Shown: one piece after another, positions 9,488 to 19,042 of the stretch | Position numbering within the stretch: position 1 is the stretch's first letter | Layout of the letters: each line of letters begins with the position of its first letter | Source of the DNA: an uncultured Candidatus Cloacimonadota bacterium | Lineage (GTDB): Bacteria > Cloacimonadota > Cloacimonadia > Cloacimonadales > Cloacimonadaceae | Assembly (NCBI GenBank): GCA_964631015.1 | Contig: CAZVXH010000002.1 | Coordinates: forward strand, 36 to 64,035 | Reading direction: 5' to 3' | DNA length: 64,000 nucleotides | The notes under the pieces: generated by a model | What the model saw: only the letters and a program-made list of their open reading frames with translations | Told to the model about the DNA's origin: nothing | Databases searched by the model: none | Program-made: the position numbers and the translations under genes

Positions 9488-10312
9488 TCAGGCAGGCGCG
9501 GTCCGCCAGTCGGAGGCGATCTTTCCGCTCAGCCAGAGGAGGGCCTGGCCGCGGATCAGCACCCGGCCGGAGTGGATCTCCACCTCGAAGGCGCCCCCAC
9601 GCTGGGAGGCCTGGCGTCCGTTGAGGACGTTGAGGCCGAGTTTGGCCGACCAGTAGGGCGCCAGGTAGGTCTGGGCGGAACCGGTGACGGGATCTTCGTT
9701 GATGCCTTCCCAAGGGGCGAAATAGCGGCAGAGGTAGCCATCCGGACTGGCCGCGGTGACGGCGATGCCCAGCCAGGGCAAACCCGCAAGGCTGGCCAGG
9801 CTGGCGAAATCCGGCTTCATCCCGGTTATCTGGCCGGGCTCGGCGTAAACCAGGATGAGGTTGCGGCTGTTTCTGGCGCTGAGGGCCGCGAGGGGAGCGT
9901 CTGGTCCCAAAGCTTGCAGCAGTGCCTCATCAACCTCGCAGGGCTGGGAACTCTCGGCGGGAAAATCCAACTGGATCAGTTCGCCTTTGGGCGTGGCGGT
10001 GAGCTCTCCGGAGAGGCTTTCAAAGGTGATCCGGCCGCTTTCTCCGTTGGCAGACAAGGCCTTGGCGGAGGCCAGAGTAGCGTGGCCACAGAGGGGCACC
10101 TCCACCTCCGGAGTGAACCAGCGGATATGGTAACGCGCGGGGGCAAGCCGTTTGACGAAAGCGGTTTCGGACCAGCCGAACTCTTTGGCCAGGGCCAACA
10201 TCCGGCTGGGGTCCGGATACTCATCCAGGAACACCACGGCCGCGGTGTTGCCTTTGTACCAGGCGTCCGTGAAAGCGTTCACGAAAAAGACGGGATCTGG
10301 GTTGGTCATCAT
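9488..10312 (-). CDS. PhzF-family isomerase
   Basis: 'FFVNAFTDAWYKGNTAAVV...EVPLCGHATLASAKAL' is typical of PhzF/YddE. Start chosen at the Met preceded by GGGAGA. Confidence 0.85.
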   Translation of the reverse strand: MMTNPDPVFFVNAFTDAWYKGNTAAVVFLDEYPDPSRMLALAKEFGWSETAFVKRLAPARYHIRWFTPEVEVPLCGHATLASAKALSANGESGRITFESLSGELTATPKGELIQLDFPAESSQPCEVDEALLQALGPDAPLAALSARNSRNLILVYAEPGQITGMKPDFASLASLAGLPWLGIAVTAASPDGYLCRYFAPWEGINEDPVTGSAQTYLAPYWSAKLGLNVLNGRQASQRGGAFEVEIHSGRVLIRGQALLWLSGKIASDWRTAPA

Positions 10313-10494
10313 TTCTCCCTGGGCGGCGGCGCGTTTCTTGGCGCCGTTCCGCACCGGGAAACAGCATCTTGATCAGGCGGAAAGCTGTCAACCGCAAATC
10401 GTTGGTCCGCGGATCACGCGAAAGCATGTTGAACCACGAATTACGCAAATTGAGGCTCACTTTCAAACCCAGTAGGTAAATGAGTCCGTATGTG

Positions 10495-10547
10495 ATTCCG
10501 GGGAAGCGTTTTAGACACCGGGGCTCCGGTCACTCCACACCCTCGCT
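10495..10547. repeat. third locus of the ATTCCGGGG hairpin-repeat family
   Basis: Shares the 15-mer ATTCCGGGGAAGCGT exactly with 4274-4288, followed by the same CRCGGGGC.CCGG...CCCTCGC layout. Confidence 0.5.
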
Positions 10548-10803
10548 ATCGTTCTGACGCCTCTGCGAGGCTCACGGGCGTTGGGGACGAGAGGTTTCAG
10601 ATGCCTTCACATTATCGCAAATTATCTCAGATTCTCAGGGCCCTGTAACTTGCCAACCCTCATCAGTACAGGGTTTTTGGTTCAGATTCTCAAAATAACG
10701 GCACCTCCACCCCCGGTGGAGGAAAACAGGCCGGTTACCAGTGAGCCACCCCAAATCTGTGGTTCGATTAGTTCCACCCACTCGATATGATAGTGAGCCA
10801 GAC

Positions 10804-10836
10804 AAAAAAAGGGGATGAAGCTGGCGCTCCATCCCC
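10804..10836 (-). terminator. intrinsic terminator of the C25-M14 operon
   Basis: On the minus strand: GGGGATGGAGCGCCAGCTTCATCCCC followed by TTTTTTT, about 20 nt after the M14 stop. Confidence 0.7.
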
Positions 10837-10857
10837 GCGGGGTTTATCTTGGTCTGA

Positions 10858-12693
10858 TCAATCCGGATAAGTGAGGGTGCAAGGCTGCGAAACCTTGATC
10901 CAGTAACCCTTGCCGGGCTCCATCTGGGTTGGATTCACGCCCAGATAGTCCACCTGCTGCAGGTAAGCGGAGATGGAGGCCAGGGCGGTGGCGGTGGGTT
11001 TGGCGGCGGCGGGCAGATAGGAAACCAGATTCCAACCGGCTTTGAGGCTGATCGGAAGGGCGGAGGCATCCACCTGGGAGCCGGTCACGGTGAGGGTCGC
11101 GGCTGAAGAAAGGTTCACCCAGTAGCCTTCATTCACGGCCAGAGCGTCCAGGGTGTTGAAATACGCGGCCATCGAGGGCATATGGCTGAGTGAGGCGTTC
11201 TTAACCTGGATCAGTCCGGAGATGCCGTCAAAGATATCCGCCAACGCGTAGGAGGCGGGCACCTTGTTCAGGCTGATGAGGTTCCAGCCGGCATTGAGGG
11301 CGATCGACTGAGGCAGTTCGCCGAAGACGACGGTGATGGGTGTCGGCTGTCCGGCGTTGACTGTCACCTGGACGTTTTGCGAAGCGTATCCGGGCGTGGA
11401 GACCGTCAGAGTGTAGGTTCCGGGTTGCAGATAGCGGTAGAGATCCCCGTGTGTGGGGTCCGTTTCCACTGTGGAGTAGCTGTTATCGTAGCCGGAGATA
11501 TTGACCGTGGCTGCCAGCGGATTGCCGTAAGCGTCCACCACAGTGCCGTGGATTCCGTTCAGAGCCAGTTCCAGATAGCTGAGCATCGCCTCGTAGTTGT
11601 AGTTCCAGTAGTCGGGCATGGTTGAAGCGGCGGGCATTTTTGTATTTGAGCATTCGATGGTCACCTCGCGTCCGTTGCGGGTGTAGTTCATCCAATCCTG
11701 GCGTCCGCCGGCGATCACGTACCAGTCGGCGCCGTTGGTGATGCCGTTGGAGCTCACGCTGGTGAAGTAGCCGCTGGGGCCGTTGGCCTGGGCGTTGGAG
11801 GCGTAAACCAGGCTGGAGGAGATGAACCAGGCATCGTCCGGATGCAGGGTGTAGGTGTAGTCCCAGGGATAGTTCACCACTTCCGCGCCGCCGTGGTAGT
11901 TGATGCCAAAGACGAAGTTGTGGGCGTTGGCAAAGTCCATCAGGGACTGGGTCTCAGGCTGGATGGCGCCTTCGTTCAGGCTGCCGTCGTAGTCCGGGTA
12001 GTTTCGGTTCAGGTCGACCCCATTGAAGTTATAGCGGCGGGCGCTGGCGACGGTATTGTCGCCGCCGTAGTAGGTCCCGTCGGGATTGGTGTTGGGCCCG
12101 ATATACAGCTCCATGGAGTTCACGAGGTTGGCCAGGCGGGGGTCAGTCCCGTACTGGCTGAGCAGGGTGTCGATGAGGCGCAGCATCAAGATCCAGCCGG
12201 TGGTCTCATCGCCGTGGATAGTGCTGGTGAGCAGCACTTCGGGTTCCTTTTCCTCGCTGGCCACGTTGTCCGAGATCTTGGCCACCAGGATGGCGCGGCC
12301 GTTCACGGTGGTGCCCACGTTGATGATCTGGCAGAGGTTGGGGTAGCTGCTGGCAAAGCCGTTCATCATCGCCACGTAGGCACTGTAGGTGGGGTAGGTG
12401 TCCCAGTCCTTGGCTTCGCTGGCGCTGGAGCTCATCACCACCGGGAATTCTCTGGACGGGGCTGGCAGAAGCTGGGTTTTGAGGCCCAGCTTGCCGAATT
12501 CCGCCCACTCAGAATCGTTCGCGTAGGCATAGACCCAGTTGCCTTTAACGTTGTCGATGGAGACGATCTTGGTGATGTCTGGCAACTGGGCTTTGTCGGT
12601 GAGTTCGAACCGGAAGTAATACTGGGTCCACTCTCCTGCCACGAGGGGCAGACAGAGCAGGACCAGCATGATCGCTATGAATGTGTTTTTCAT
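10858..12693 (-). CDS. secreted M14-family zinc carboxypeptidase (611 aa)
   Basis: Signal peptide. Zinc and substrate motifs 'HGDETTG', 'DLNRNYP', 'NYHGGAEVVNYPWD'. The start codon lies 1 nt after the stop of the upstream C25 gene. Confidence 0.85.
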   Translation of the reverse strand: MKNTFIAIMLVLLCLPLVAGEWTQYYFRFELTDKAQLPDITKIVSIDNVKGNWVYAYANDSEWAEFGKLGLKTQLLPAPSREFPVVMSSSASEAKDWDTYPTYSAYVAMMNGFASSYPNLCQIINVGTTVNGRAILVAKISDNVASEEKEPEVLLTSTIHGDETTGWILMLRLIDTLLSQYGTDPRLANLVNSMELYIGPNTNPDGTYYGGDNTVASARRYNFNGVDLNRNYPDYDGSLNEGAIQPETQSLMDFANAHNFVFGINYHGGAEVVNYPWDYTYTLHPDDAWFISSSLVYASNAQANGPSGYFTSVSSNGITNGADWYVIAGGRQDWMNYTRNGREVTIECSNTKMPAASTMPDYWNYNYEAMLSYLELALNGIHGTVVDAYGNPLAATVNISGYDNSYSTVETDPTHGDLYRYLQPGTYTLTVSTPGYASQNVQVTVNAGQPTPITVVFGELPQSIALNAGWNLISLNKVPASYALADIFDGISGLIQVKNASLSHMPSMAAYFNTLDALAVNEGYWVNLSSAATLTVTGSQVDASALPISLKAGWNLVSYLPAAAKPTATALASISAYLQQVDYLGVNPTQMEPGKGYWIKVSQPCTLTYPD

Positions 12694-12694
12694 C

Positions 12695-15600
12695 TTAGTT
12701 CTTTACCGCTTTAATGTAGTAGAAGGCCATGGGCAGTTCGGTCAGGTCGTCGAACAGCAGCGCGTTAACGTTGAAGCCTACCTGTTCGTAGGTCCCGTAG
12801 GGATCAGTGGCGCGCCAGACCTCGTAGATATCGGCGTAGTCCACCGCGTTCCAAGCGATCCGGAAGCCGCCGCTGACCTTGGTGATGGCTGTGATCACGG
12901 GAGTGTCGAGCTCGGTGATCTCGCTCACGCTGACGGGAACGGGGGTTTCGGTGCTGCCGATCACGTCGTTGTAGCCGAGGCTGTAGGTTTCGAGGGCGTC
13001 GTAGGCCAGGTTGGCGCTATAGTCGTAGATCTTGAAGCTGATCTCCTCGCCGTCGGAAGCCAGGTTCACAACCAGGGTCACATAGGCGTTGGCGCCGTTC
13101 ATCACCACATCGGCCACGCCGCGGCATTCGGTTCCCACAAAGGCTCCGACCACGTCGTTGAGTTCGCCGGCCACACCGTAGATGGTCACGATGCCGTGGA
13201 GGGTGGCGGAATTGGGATAGAGCACAGCTTCCCAGCCGGGTCCGGCTACTTCGTTGACGGTCACCTGGACGCTGTCGTAGGCGTAGGTGTAGCCGTCATA
13301 GACGGAGAAGGTGACGGTCTCGGTGCCGGTCCAGTTCTGGGCGGCGGTGAAGGTGACGCTCAGTCCGTTTATGGCCACAAGGATGTTGGTGTTGCCGCTG
13401 TAGCCCAGGGTGAGGGGATCGAGGTCCTCGTCGGAGACATAGGAACTGAAGTCCGCTGTCAGGCTGCCGTTGCGGTCAAACGCAAAGCTGGCCGGCAGAA
13501 TTATCTGGGGAGCGTGGTTGCCGTTGTCCCAAACGTCCATGGTGGCGCTTACATCCAGGCTAGGGTTCACCGGATCGTTGGAATGGATGGTGAGCATGGC
13601 TTCGTAGCTGCCCACCGCCATGCCGACGGCGGAGAAGTAGGCCGTGATGGTGGCGCTCTGTCCGGCGGCGATGCTGCCGCTGAGGGGCTGCACGCTCAGC
13701 CAGGCGATGGGAGGCAGGTCCTCGGCCAGCACGATGGAGCCGTCGAGGGTGTGGGGTTCTGAACCGTAGATATCACCGTTCAGGATCCAGGGCAGAGTGA
13801 GGTCGCCGCCCAAGCCGATACCGATGGTCACATTGACCGTGGCGCTGGCGGAATCGCCGTTTCCGTAGATCACGCCCCAGCCGCTGGAACCTTCGCCGTG
13901 CCAAGTGACGGTCACGCCGCTGCCGCTGGTCACGTCCGGGGTCAGGTCGCCACCGTCGCCGCCCACGAAGGTGGTGGCGCTGTTGACGGTAACCCCAGCG
14001 GGGAAGCTGATGATCACGTCTTTGATCCACTCGCTGTCCGTGCTGGCGTTGGTGACAGTGAAGGTCCAGTCCACCGTGGTGCCGGGCAGGTAATTCGTGG
14101 CATCCAGAGTGAGAGTGCTGCCGGCTATGCTCTTGTCTGCATCAGAGGCGGCCTGCGGCTGGCGGTTGGCCTGGGCGAGCAGCTCTTCCATGCTGATGCT
14201 GTAGGTGAGGGGCTGGCTGCCGGTGTTGGTGATGGTGAAGCTATCCGTGCCTTCTGTTTCCACCTGCAGGTTGGCATAGAGGGCGTCGTTGTCGATGTCG
14301 ATCGTGGCTGGGATGTAGCCCGTGCCGGTGACGGCGAGGTTGACGCTGGTGTTGTTGTTGGAGTTGTTGGCGATCGCCACATTGCCGTTGTAGGCTTGCG
14401 CGGCGGTGGGCGCGAAAGTAAGGTTGTAGGTCTTGCTGGCGCCGGCGTTCACGCTGAAGCCCAGGCTGTTGCGGCTGACCTTGCCGGAAGTGGCAGTGGC
14501 GGACCTGGCCGCCTCGGCCACGCTGTAACCGGCTGGGGTGGTGATGGTGCCGGTGAGGGTTTGGTCGCCGCCGTTGGCGATAGTGAAGGTCTTCACGTCA
14601 GTGCCGCCCACCGCCACGTCGCCATAGGCGAGGGTGCCGGGGCTGACCACGATCATGGGGCCTTCCTCATTGGGCAGCAGGGCCAGCTTGAGGTTGGGAC
14701 GGTTGGTGGAAGTGGAACCACCGGTGAAGACAGCGGTCTGGTCTGCTGAATCGCTGCGGTTGTAGCGATAGCCGTTGGTTACGGTAGAATACTCTGTGGT
14801 GCCACTTTGATTGTAGGATGCGATCAGGCCAAAGCCGGTGTCCACCAAGAGGTTGTCCGTTCCGTTCCAGAGGAAGGGGGTGGAGAGGGTGTACATGTTC
14901 CAGCCGGTGGCGGTGGGCTGATAGGAGGCACCGCTCCAAACCTGGGAGAGTCCGGTGGAGATCCAACTGGCGACGTTGGCGGCGGTGGTGTGTCCCATAC
15001 GGACCACGAAGTTCGGCATCGCCTGGGCCGGAAGCCCGGTGATGTTGAAGCCGATCTGGGTGATGTTGATGGGTCCAACTACACCGGCGGCGTTCAGTTC
15101 AGCCGCGGTATAGACCGATTGCCCGTGCAGGCTGCGCCAATATTGGTTCACCGGGCAGGCGGTGGTGGTTCCGTTAGAATTTGTTCCGGTGCCGATGATG
15201 ACTTCGGTGGGCACTATCGCGGAGGGAGTGGCCTGCACCGTATCGGTGGGATCGGACACGCCGCCGCTGTAAACCGCGATCAAGTAATATGAATAGGTGG
15301 TTTCGTTCACCACCGCGTTGTCGGTGTAAGTGAGCCCGGTGACCGTGGTCAGCAGGCTGCCGTCGCGGTAGATCCGGTAGCTGGTGGGGGTGCCGGTGAG
15401 CGGGGTTTGCCACGTGAGGTTCACATAGCCGTTGCCGGGGGCGGCGCTGAGGTTTTGCGGCGGATAGAAGTTGCTGGGGGTGGTGGAGGCGGGGAAGATG
15501 ATGTCGTCCACCCAGGCGCAGTTGGAACCGCTGTCCACGCTGCCGTCCTTCATGTATTCCCATTTCAGCACGCGGGTGCCGGCGGCCAGTGTGTAGCTGG

Positions 15601-18600
15601 CCTGGGTCCAATCCACTTCGCCGGACCATTGGCCTTGCTGAGTTCCATCCACATAGAACTTCAGATAGTCGTATCCGCTTTCGGAGGAGACCTTGTACCA
15701 GAAGCTGAGGTCGCCCGAGGTTGAGAGGATCCGGGTTGTCTCCATGGTGCTGGACTGGCTGTGGGTGATGGTACCGCTCTTGGCGGCGTAGCTGGCACTG
15801 TGATAGTTGTCGTTAACTATGGTCCAGGGTGTGCTGCTTTGGATCCAGGGGAAGGAGGAGAAGCTGCCAGTGCTGAAGTCCTCGATGATGAGGCCTACGG
15901 CCACGTTTTCGGTCTTGTTGGCGGTGTAGGCTCCCGCGGTGGCATTGAAGACCAGGGCCGCGACTGTACCGACCGTCATGCTGGAGGCGGCGGTGAGGGA
16001 GAAGCTGAGATTGGCAGAACCCGCCGCAGCGATGGCTGTAAATGAGGCGGTTCCTGTATTGATGGTGATGCCCGGGGTAGCGCAGGTCAGAGTGGCACTT
16101 CCCGCCGGGGAGGCAGCCGCACCGGTGTTGTGCAGGGGCATGGTGATAGTCACAGTTTCGCCCGGATCAAGGCGTCCGTTGTTGTTGCCGGGCGCGGGGT
16201 CGGAAACTGTAATAGTGCCGAAAGCCAGAGCCGGAGCGTTCAGGGTGAGGCTGAAGTTATACGTCCAAGGACTTTCGCCGCTCATGGTCATGGTGATGGT
16301 GAAGTTGGCCACCGTTCCGTTGGCCACGTTGTTGGCGATGCTGATGGCGTAAGCGTTGTCCGCCAGGAGGCTTGCGCCGGCGGCCAGGCTGTTGATGGTG
16401 TGGTTGGCATCGGTGATCGTTACTCCGGTGGTGGAGCAGGTGAGCACCGCGCTCACGTTGGTGGCGGGGTCCACGCCAACGTTTTCAAATGTCACGTCCA
16501 GGTAGCCGCTTTCGTTGTAGTCCGGAGCGTCGTTGTTGGCATCGTCATACAGAACTGAGTCCACCGACATATAGGGGCCTTCAGCTGCCACGACGGGAAT
16601 GTCCACGATCTTGGTGATCCGGTCTTGGGCTGTGAGCACCAGTTTGGCGGTTCCGGCGGTGGTGAAGGGGGTGATGGTAAGAGTCAGGTTTCCGGAAGCG
16701 TCGGTGATGCCGGTGGCGTAGATCACGCCGTTCATGGAAAGGCCGATCCTGGTGTAGGGGGCGGCGCCGGTGATGGCGTAGCTGGTGTTGCCGATCATGA
16801 TCTGGGCGGGATAGGAGGCCGGATTGGCGGTGGGAACTCCGTAGTAGGGCATCAGGGAAGGATCGCCCATGATGGAGTAGATCTCCCAATAGTAGTTGAT
16901 CATGGAGCTTCCGCCCTGATTCACAGCCAGATTGCCCATCCAGATCGTTTCGCCCATGGTTTGGGCCCAGTCTGTGAAGGCTTCGCTGTGGTCGTGGTAG
17001 ATGGCGTCGTAGGCACCCAATTTAGTGGCGTCGTAGGCCGGAGCGGTGCCGTTGGCCGTACCCTTGGCTCCCACGCCCCACCAGTAGTCTTCATCCCAAT
17101 AGGAATTGTTGGTGGCGCCGATATAAGCTACACCGCCGGCATTGGCTTTGCGGATGATCGATTCGCCAAAGCAGGGGCTGGAATAGCCGAAGGAGTTGGT
17201 AACACAGCAGTTGCCCACCATCACTCCATACTTGCCAGCGTTGGTCATGGCATTCACGTCGGACACGGAGAAAGTGGGGTCGGCCCAGCTGGTCTCGCTG
17301 CCGTGGGCGGTATAGTTGATGAAGCCGCGGCCTGCATTGGCATTGGCAATGATGGTGGCATCGCTGCTGCCAGAGGCAGGATAGAGATAGGTGTTGGAGT
17401 TGATGCCGTGGGCGGTGTTAAAGTAGTTTTGAGTGGCATAGTTGATCGCCCCATTGGCGTGAGTGGGACCAAAGCCTGAGTCCACGCCCGCGATCATCAC
17501 CACATTGCCCAGATAGCTCAGGTCTGTCATCTGGGTTTTTTCCCAGGTCAGGGTCTTGTTCACGATGTTGGTCAGTTCTGCGGCCGAGGCTACAGAAAAG
17601 CGCCCGTAATACATCTCAGGCACAAAATCGGTTCCGCTGAGCCGCACATAATAGTTGTCTGTGATGTGGGAGCTGCTGGGGCTCGTCACTTGGGCCGGCA
17701 TGGCGATCACGTTATCTCCCGAAGTGGAGGTGTCGCCGATGATCAGCAGGTAGGTAGGCGCGGGGTTTTGTGCTGTGGCGGCGCTCCAGACGCTGCTCAT
17801 ATAGTTCTTGATCGCCGTTGTGGTATTGGCGATGGTGCCGCCGGTACCCACAGTGGTCACCGTCACGGCGTAACCCTGCTGGATCTTCCAATCCACAAAG
17901 GGCTGCAGTTCATCCGTGTAGTTGGGCGGGCAGAGGATGAGATACTTGGTGGGGTAGCGCACGATGCTGGTGCGGTCGTCCGCTTTCCAGTTGAAGAGGC
18001 TCTTGGCGTAGAGGGCGTCAAATTCGTGGGAACCTGTTCTGGCAAGCATGTCAGCCGTGCCAACCAGGTCCGGATTGAAAAAATCCACCCGGACATCCAG
18101 GTTTTCCATCACGCGGAGGGAGCCGTCCACCGGGTTGTAGCGCACCGGATAGAAATCCAGGGCGAAAACCCGCACGCCGCGCATGATGCCCAGGTCTGAA
18201 ACCTGCACCCAGTCGCGGGAGTTGAACTCGGCGCGGGAGTAGATATCTTCCTTTACCACAAAGGGCAGGGTGGCCGGGTCGGCGGATTTAGAAACGGATT
18301 CCTGGGCGGGGATGACGCGGTGCCGCAATTTGCTGGCAACGGCATCCAGTTCCCGCGCGGACTGGGAATTGAGGGTGAGGCGCACATCCGCCCCCAGGGG
18401 GACGGCGATGAGCTTGCGCAGCAGGGGAAGCTTGGGTTCTCCCACGGCGTTCGTGTGGGTCCAGCCGTCGATGGAAAGCTCGTCAAACGCGCCCTCCCTG
18501 GTCTGAACTTCAAGGATCTTCAGCGCGCCGACGCTGTATTGAACGTCGAAACCGAGGTCGCTGTTGTTGTTAAGCCGGGCCTCGTTGGCTGAGGTGGAAA

Positions 18601-18694
18601 GGTCTATCTGCCGGGTTTGGGCAGACAGGGTCAGGGCGAAGGCCAGGGCGACAGCTATCAGCGGTATCACCTTGCCTCTGAACTCTTTGTGCAT
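12695..18694 (-). CDS. giant secreted C25 (gingipain-like) cysteine peptidase (1999 aa) with MAM-like, FN3, unknown-module and Ig-like domains
   Basis: Signal peptide 'MHKEFRGKVIPLIAVALAFALTLSAQ'. C25 propeptide-like N-terminus. Catalytic dyad context 'NYTAHGSETSW' (His codon 17303-17305) and 'VGNCCVTNSF'. AAGGGAG RBS. Confidence 0.9.
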   Translation of the reverse strand: MHKEFRGKVIPLIAVALAFALTLSAQTRQIDLSTSANEARLNNNSDLGFDVQYSVGALKILEVQTREGAFDELSIDGWTHTNAVGEPKLPLLRKLIAVPLGADVRLTLNSQSARELDAVASKLRHRVIPAQESVSKSADPATLPFVVKEDIYSRAEFNSRDWVQVSDLGIMRGVRVFALDFYPVRYNPVDGSLRVMENLDVRVDFFNPDLVGTADMLARTGSHEFDALYAKSLFNWKADDRTSIVRYPTKYLILCPPNYTDELQPFVDWKIQQGYAVTVTTVGTGGTIANTTTAIKNYMSSVWSAATAQNPAPTYLLIIGDTSTSGDNVIAMPAQVTSPSSSHITDNYYVRLSGTDFVPEMYYGRFSVASAAELTNIVNKTLTWEKTQMTDLSYLGNVVMIAGVDSGFGPTHANGAINYATQNYFNTAHGINSNTYLYPASGSSDATIIANANAGRGFINYTAHGSETSWADPTFSVSDVNAMTNAGKYGVMVGNCCVTNSFGYSSPCFGESIIRKANAGGVAYIGATNNSYWDEDYWWGVGAKGTANGTAPAYDATKLGAYDAIYHDHSEAFTDWAQTMGETIWMGNLAVNQGGSSMINYYWEIYSIMGDPSLMPYYGVPTANPASYPAQIMIGNTSYAITGAAPYTRIGLSMNGVIYATGITDASGNLTLTITPFTTAGTAKLVLTAQDRITKIVDIPVVAAEGPYMSVDSVLYDDANNDAPDYNESGYLDVTFENVGVDPATNVSAVLTCSTTGVTITDANHTINSLAAGASLLADNAYAISIANNVANGTVANFTITMTMSGESPWTYNFSLTLNAPALAFGTITVSDPAPGNNNGRLDPGETVTITMPLHNTGAAASPAGSATLTCATPGITINTGTASFTAIAAAGSANLSFSLTAASSMTVGTVAALVFNATAGAYTANKTENVAVGLIIEDFSTGSFSSFPWIQSSTPWTIVNDNYHSASYAAKSGTITHSQSSTMETTRILSTSGDLSFWYKVSSESGYDYLKFYVDGTQQGQWSGEVDWTQASYTLAAGTRVLKWEYMKDGSVDSGSNCAWVDDIIFPASTTPSNFYPPQNLSAAPGNGYVNLTWQTPLTGTPTSYRIYRDGSLLTTVTGLTYTDNAVVNETTYSYYLIAVYSGGVSDPTDTVQATPSAIVPTEVIIGTGTNSNGTTTACPVNQYWRSLHGQSVYTAAELNAAGVVGPINITQIGFNITGLPAQAMPNFVVRMGHTTAANVASWISTGLSQVWSGASYQPTATGWNMYTLSTPFLWNGTDNLLVDTGFGLIASYNQSGTTEYSTVTNGYRYNRSDSADQTAVFTGGSTSTNRPNLKLALLPNEEGPMIVVSPGTLAYGDVAVGGTDVKTFTIANGGDQTLTGTITTPAGYSVAEAARSATATSGKVSRNSLGFSVNAGASKTYNLTFAPTAAQAYNGNVAIANNSNNNTSVNLAVTGTGYIPATIDIDNDALYANLQVETEGTDSFTITNTGSQPLTYSISMEELLAQANRQPQAASDADKSIAGSTLTLDATNYLPGTTVDWTFTVTNASTDSEWIKDVIISFPAGVTVNSATTFVGGDGGDLTPDVTSGSGVTVTWHGEGSSGWGVIYGNGDSASATVNVTIGIGLGGDLTLPWILNGDIYGSEPHTLDGSIVLAEDLPPIAWLSVQPLSGSIAAGQSATITAYFSAVGMAVGSYEAMLTIHSNDPVNPSLDVSATMDVWDNGNHAPQIILPASFAFDRNGSLTADFSSYVSDEDLDPLTLGYSGNTNILVAINGLSVTFTAAQNWTGTETVTFSVYDGYTYAYDSVQVTVNEVAGPGWEAVLYPNSATLHGIVTIYGVAGELNDVVGAFVGTECRGVADVVMNGANAYVTLVVNLASDGEEISFKIYDYSANLAYDALETYSLGYNDVIGSTETPVPVSVSEITELDTPVITAITKVSGGFRIAWNAVDYADIYEVWRATDPYGTYEQVGFNVNALLFDDLTELPMAFYYIKAVKN

Positions 18695-18795
18695 AATTGA
18701 CTCCCTTGTTCTTTGAGGATTATGTTCAAAATTCTAAGCCGGGCGCCCGAGTACTTTTCAGGCACTGTTGCCAGCCGAGCAAGCACGACTCCGCG

Positions 18796-18824
18796 CAAGT
18801 AATATCAAGTCCGGATTTTGTCAA
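18796..18824 (-). promoter_or_regulatory. candidate sigma-70-like promoter of the C25 gene
   Basis: Minus strand reads TTGACA-17 nt-TACTTG, about 95 nt upstream of the ATG. Confidence 0.3.
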
Positions 18825-19042
18825 CCGTTTAATCTCAAACATTTATCAAAATGGAAACAGGTTTGCCGCGGTGATCAGGAAACAGGCATCGATCGAGGCT
18901 TCGGGGTAATGCTCAAGATGCTTGTGCAAACCTCCAGCCAAAAAAAACTTGACGGATTCTCTCCGGCGGAGATGTTTTTCCGGAGGGAATTGACCCTCGA
19001 CCCAAATTCATTTATCGCCCGCTTAACAAAGGCAAGGATTGC

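Noticed and set aside
10650-10680. Hammerhead-like CTGATGAG on the minus strand
   Set aside because: The required downstream GAAA core and helix III/cleavage-site context are absent. The segment is simply one arm-and-loop of the CCCTGTA/TACAGGG hairpin.
10441-10860. tmRNA, RNase P RNA or SRP RNA in the long intergenic region. The cue was a GGTTCGATT-like segment at ~10761 and a GGAGGAAAAC segment at ~10718
   Set aside because: No tRNA-like acceptor/T-arm pairing or ...CCACCA end on either strand. No GGAAAGTCCGG (P4) or ACAGAACCCGGCTTA RNase P blocks. No SRP GGAA/AGCA domain-IV motif.
12668-14749. Long plus-strand ORFs (12668-13762 of 364 aa and 13898-14749 of 283 aa, among others) antisense to the C25 gene
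   Set aside because: Gly/Val/Ala/Asp-rich, low-complexity translations typical of the antisense frame of a GC-rich gene. They have no RBS and lie entirely inside a well-supported 1999-aa CDS.
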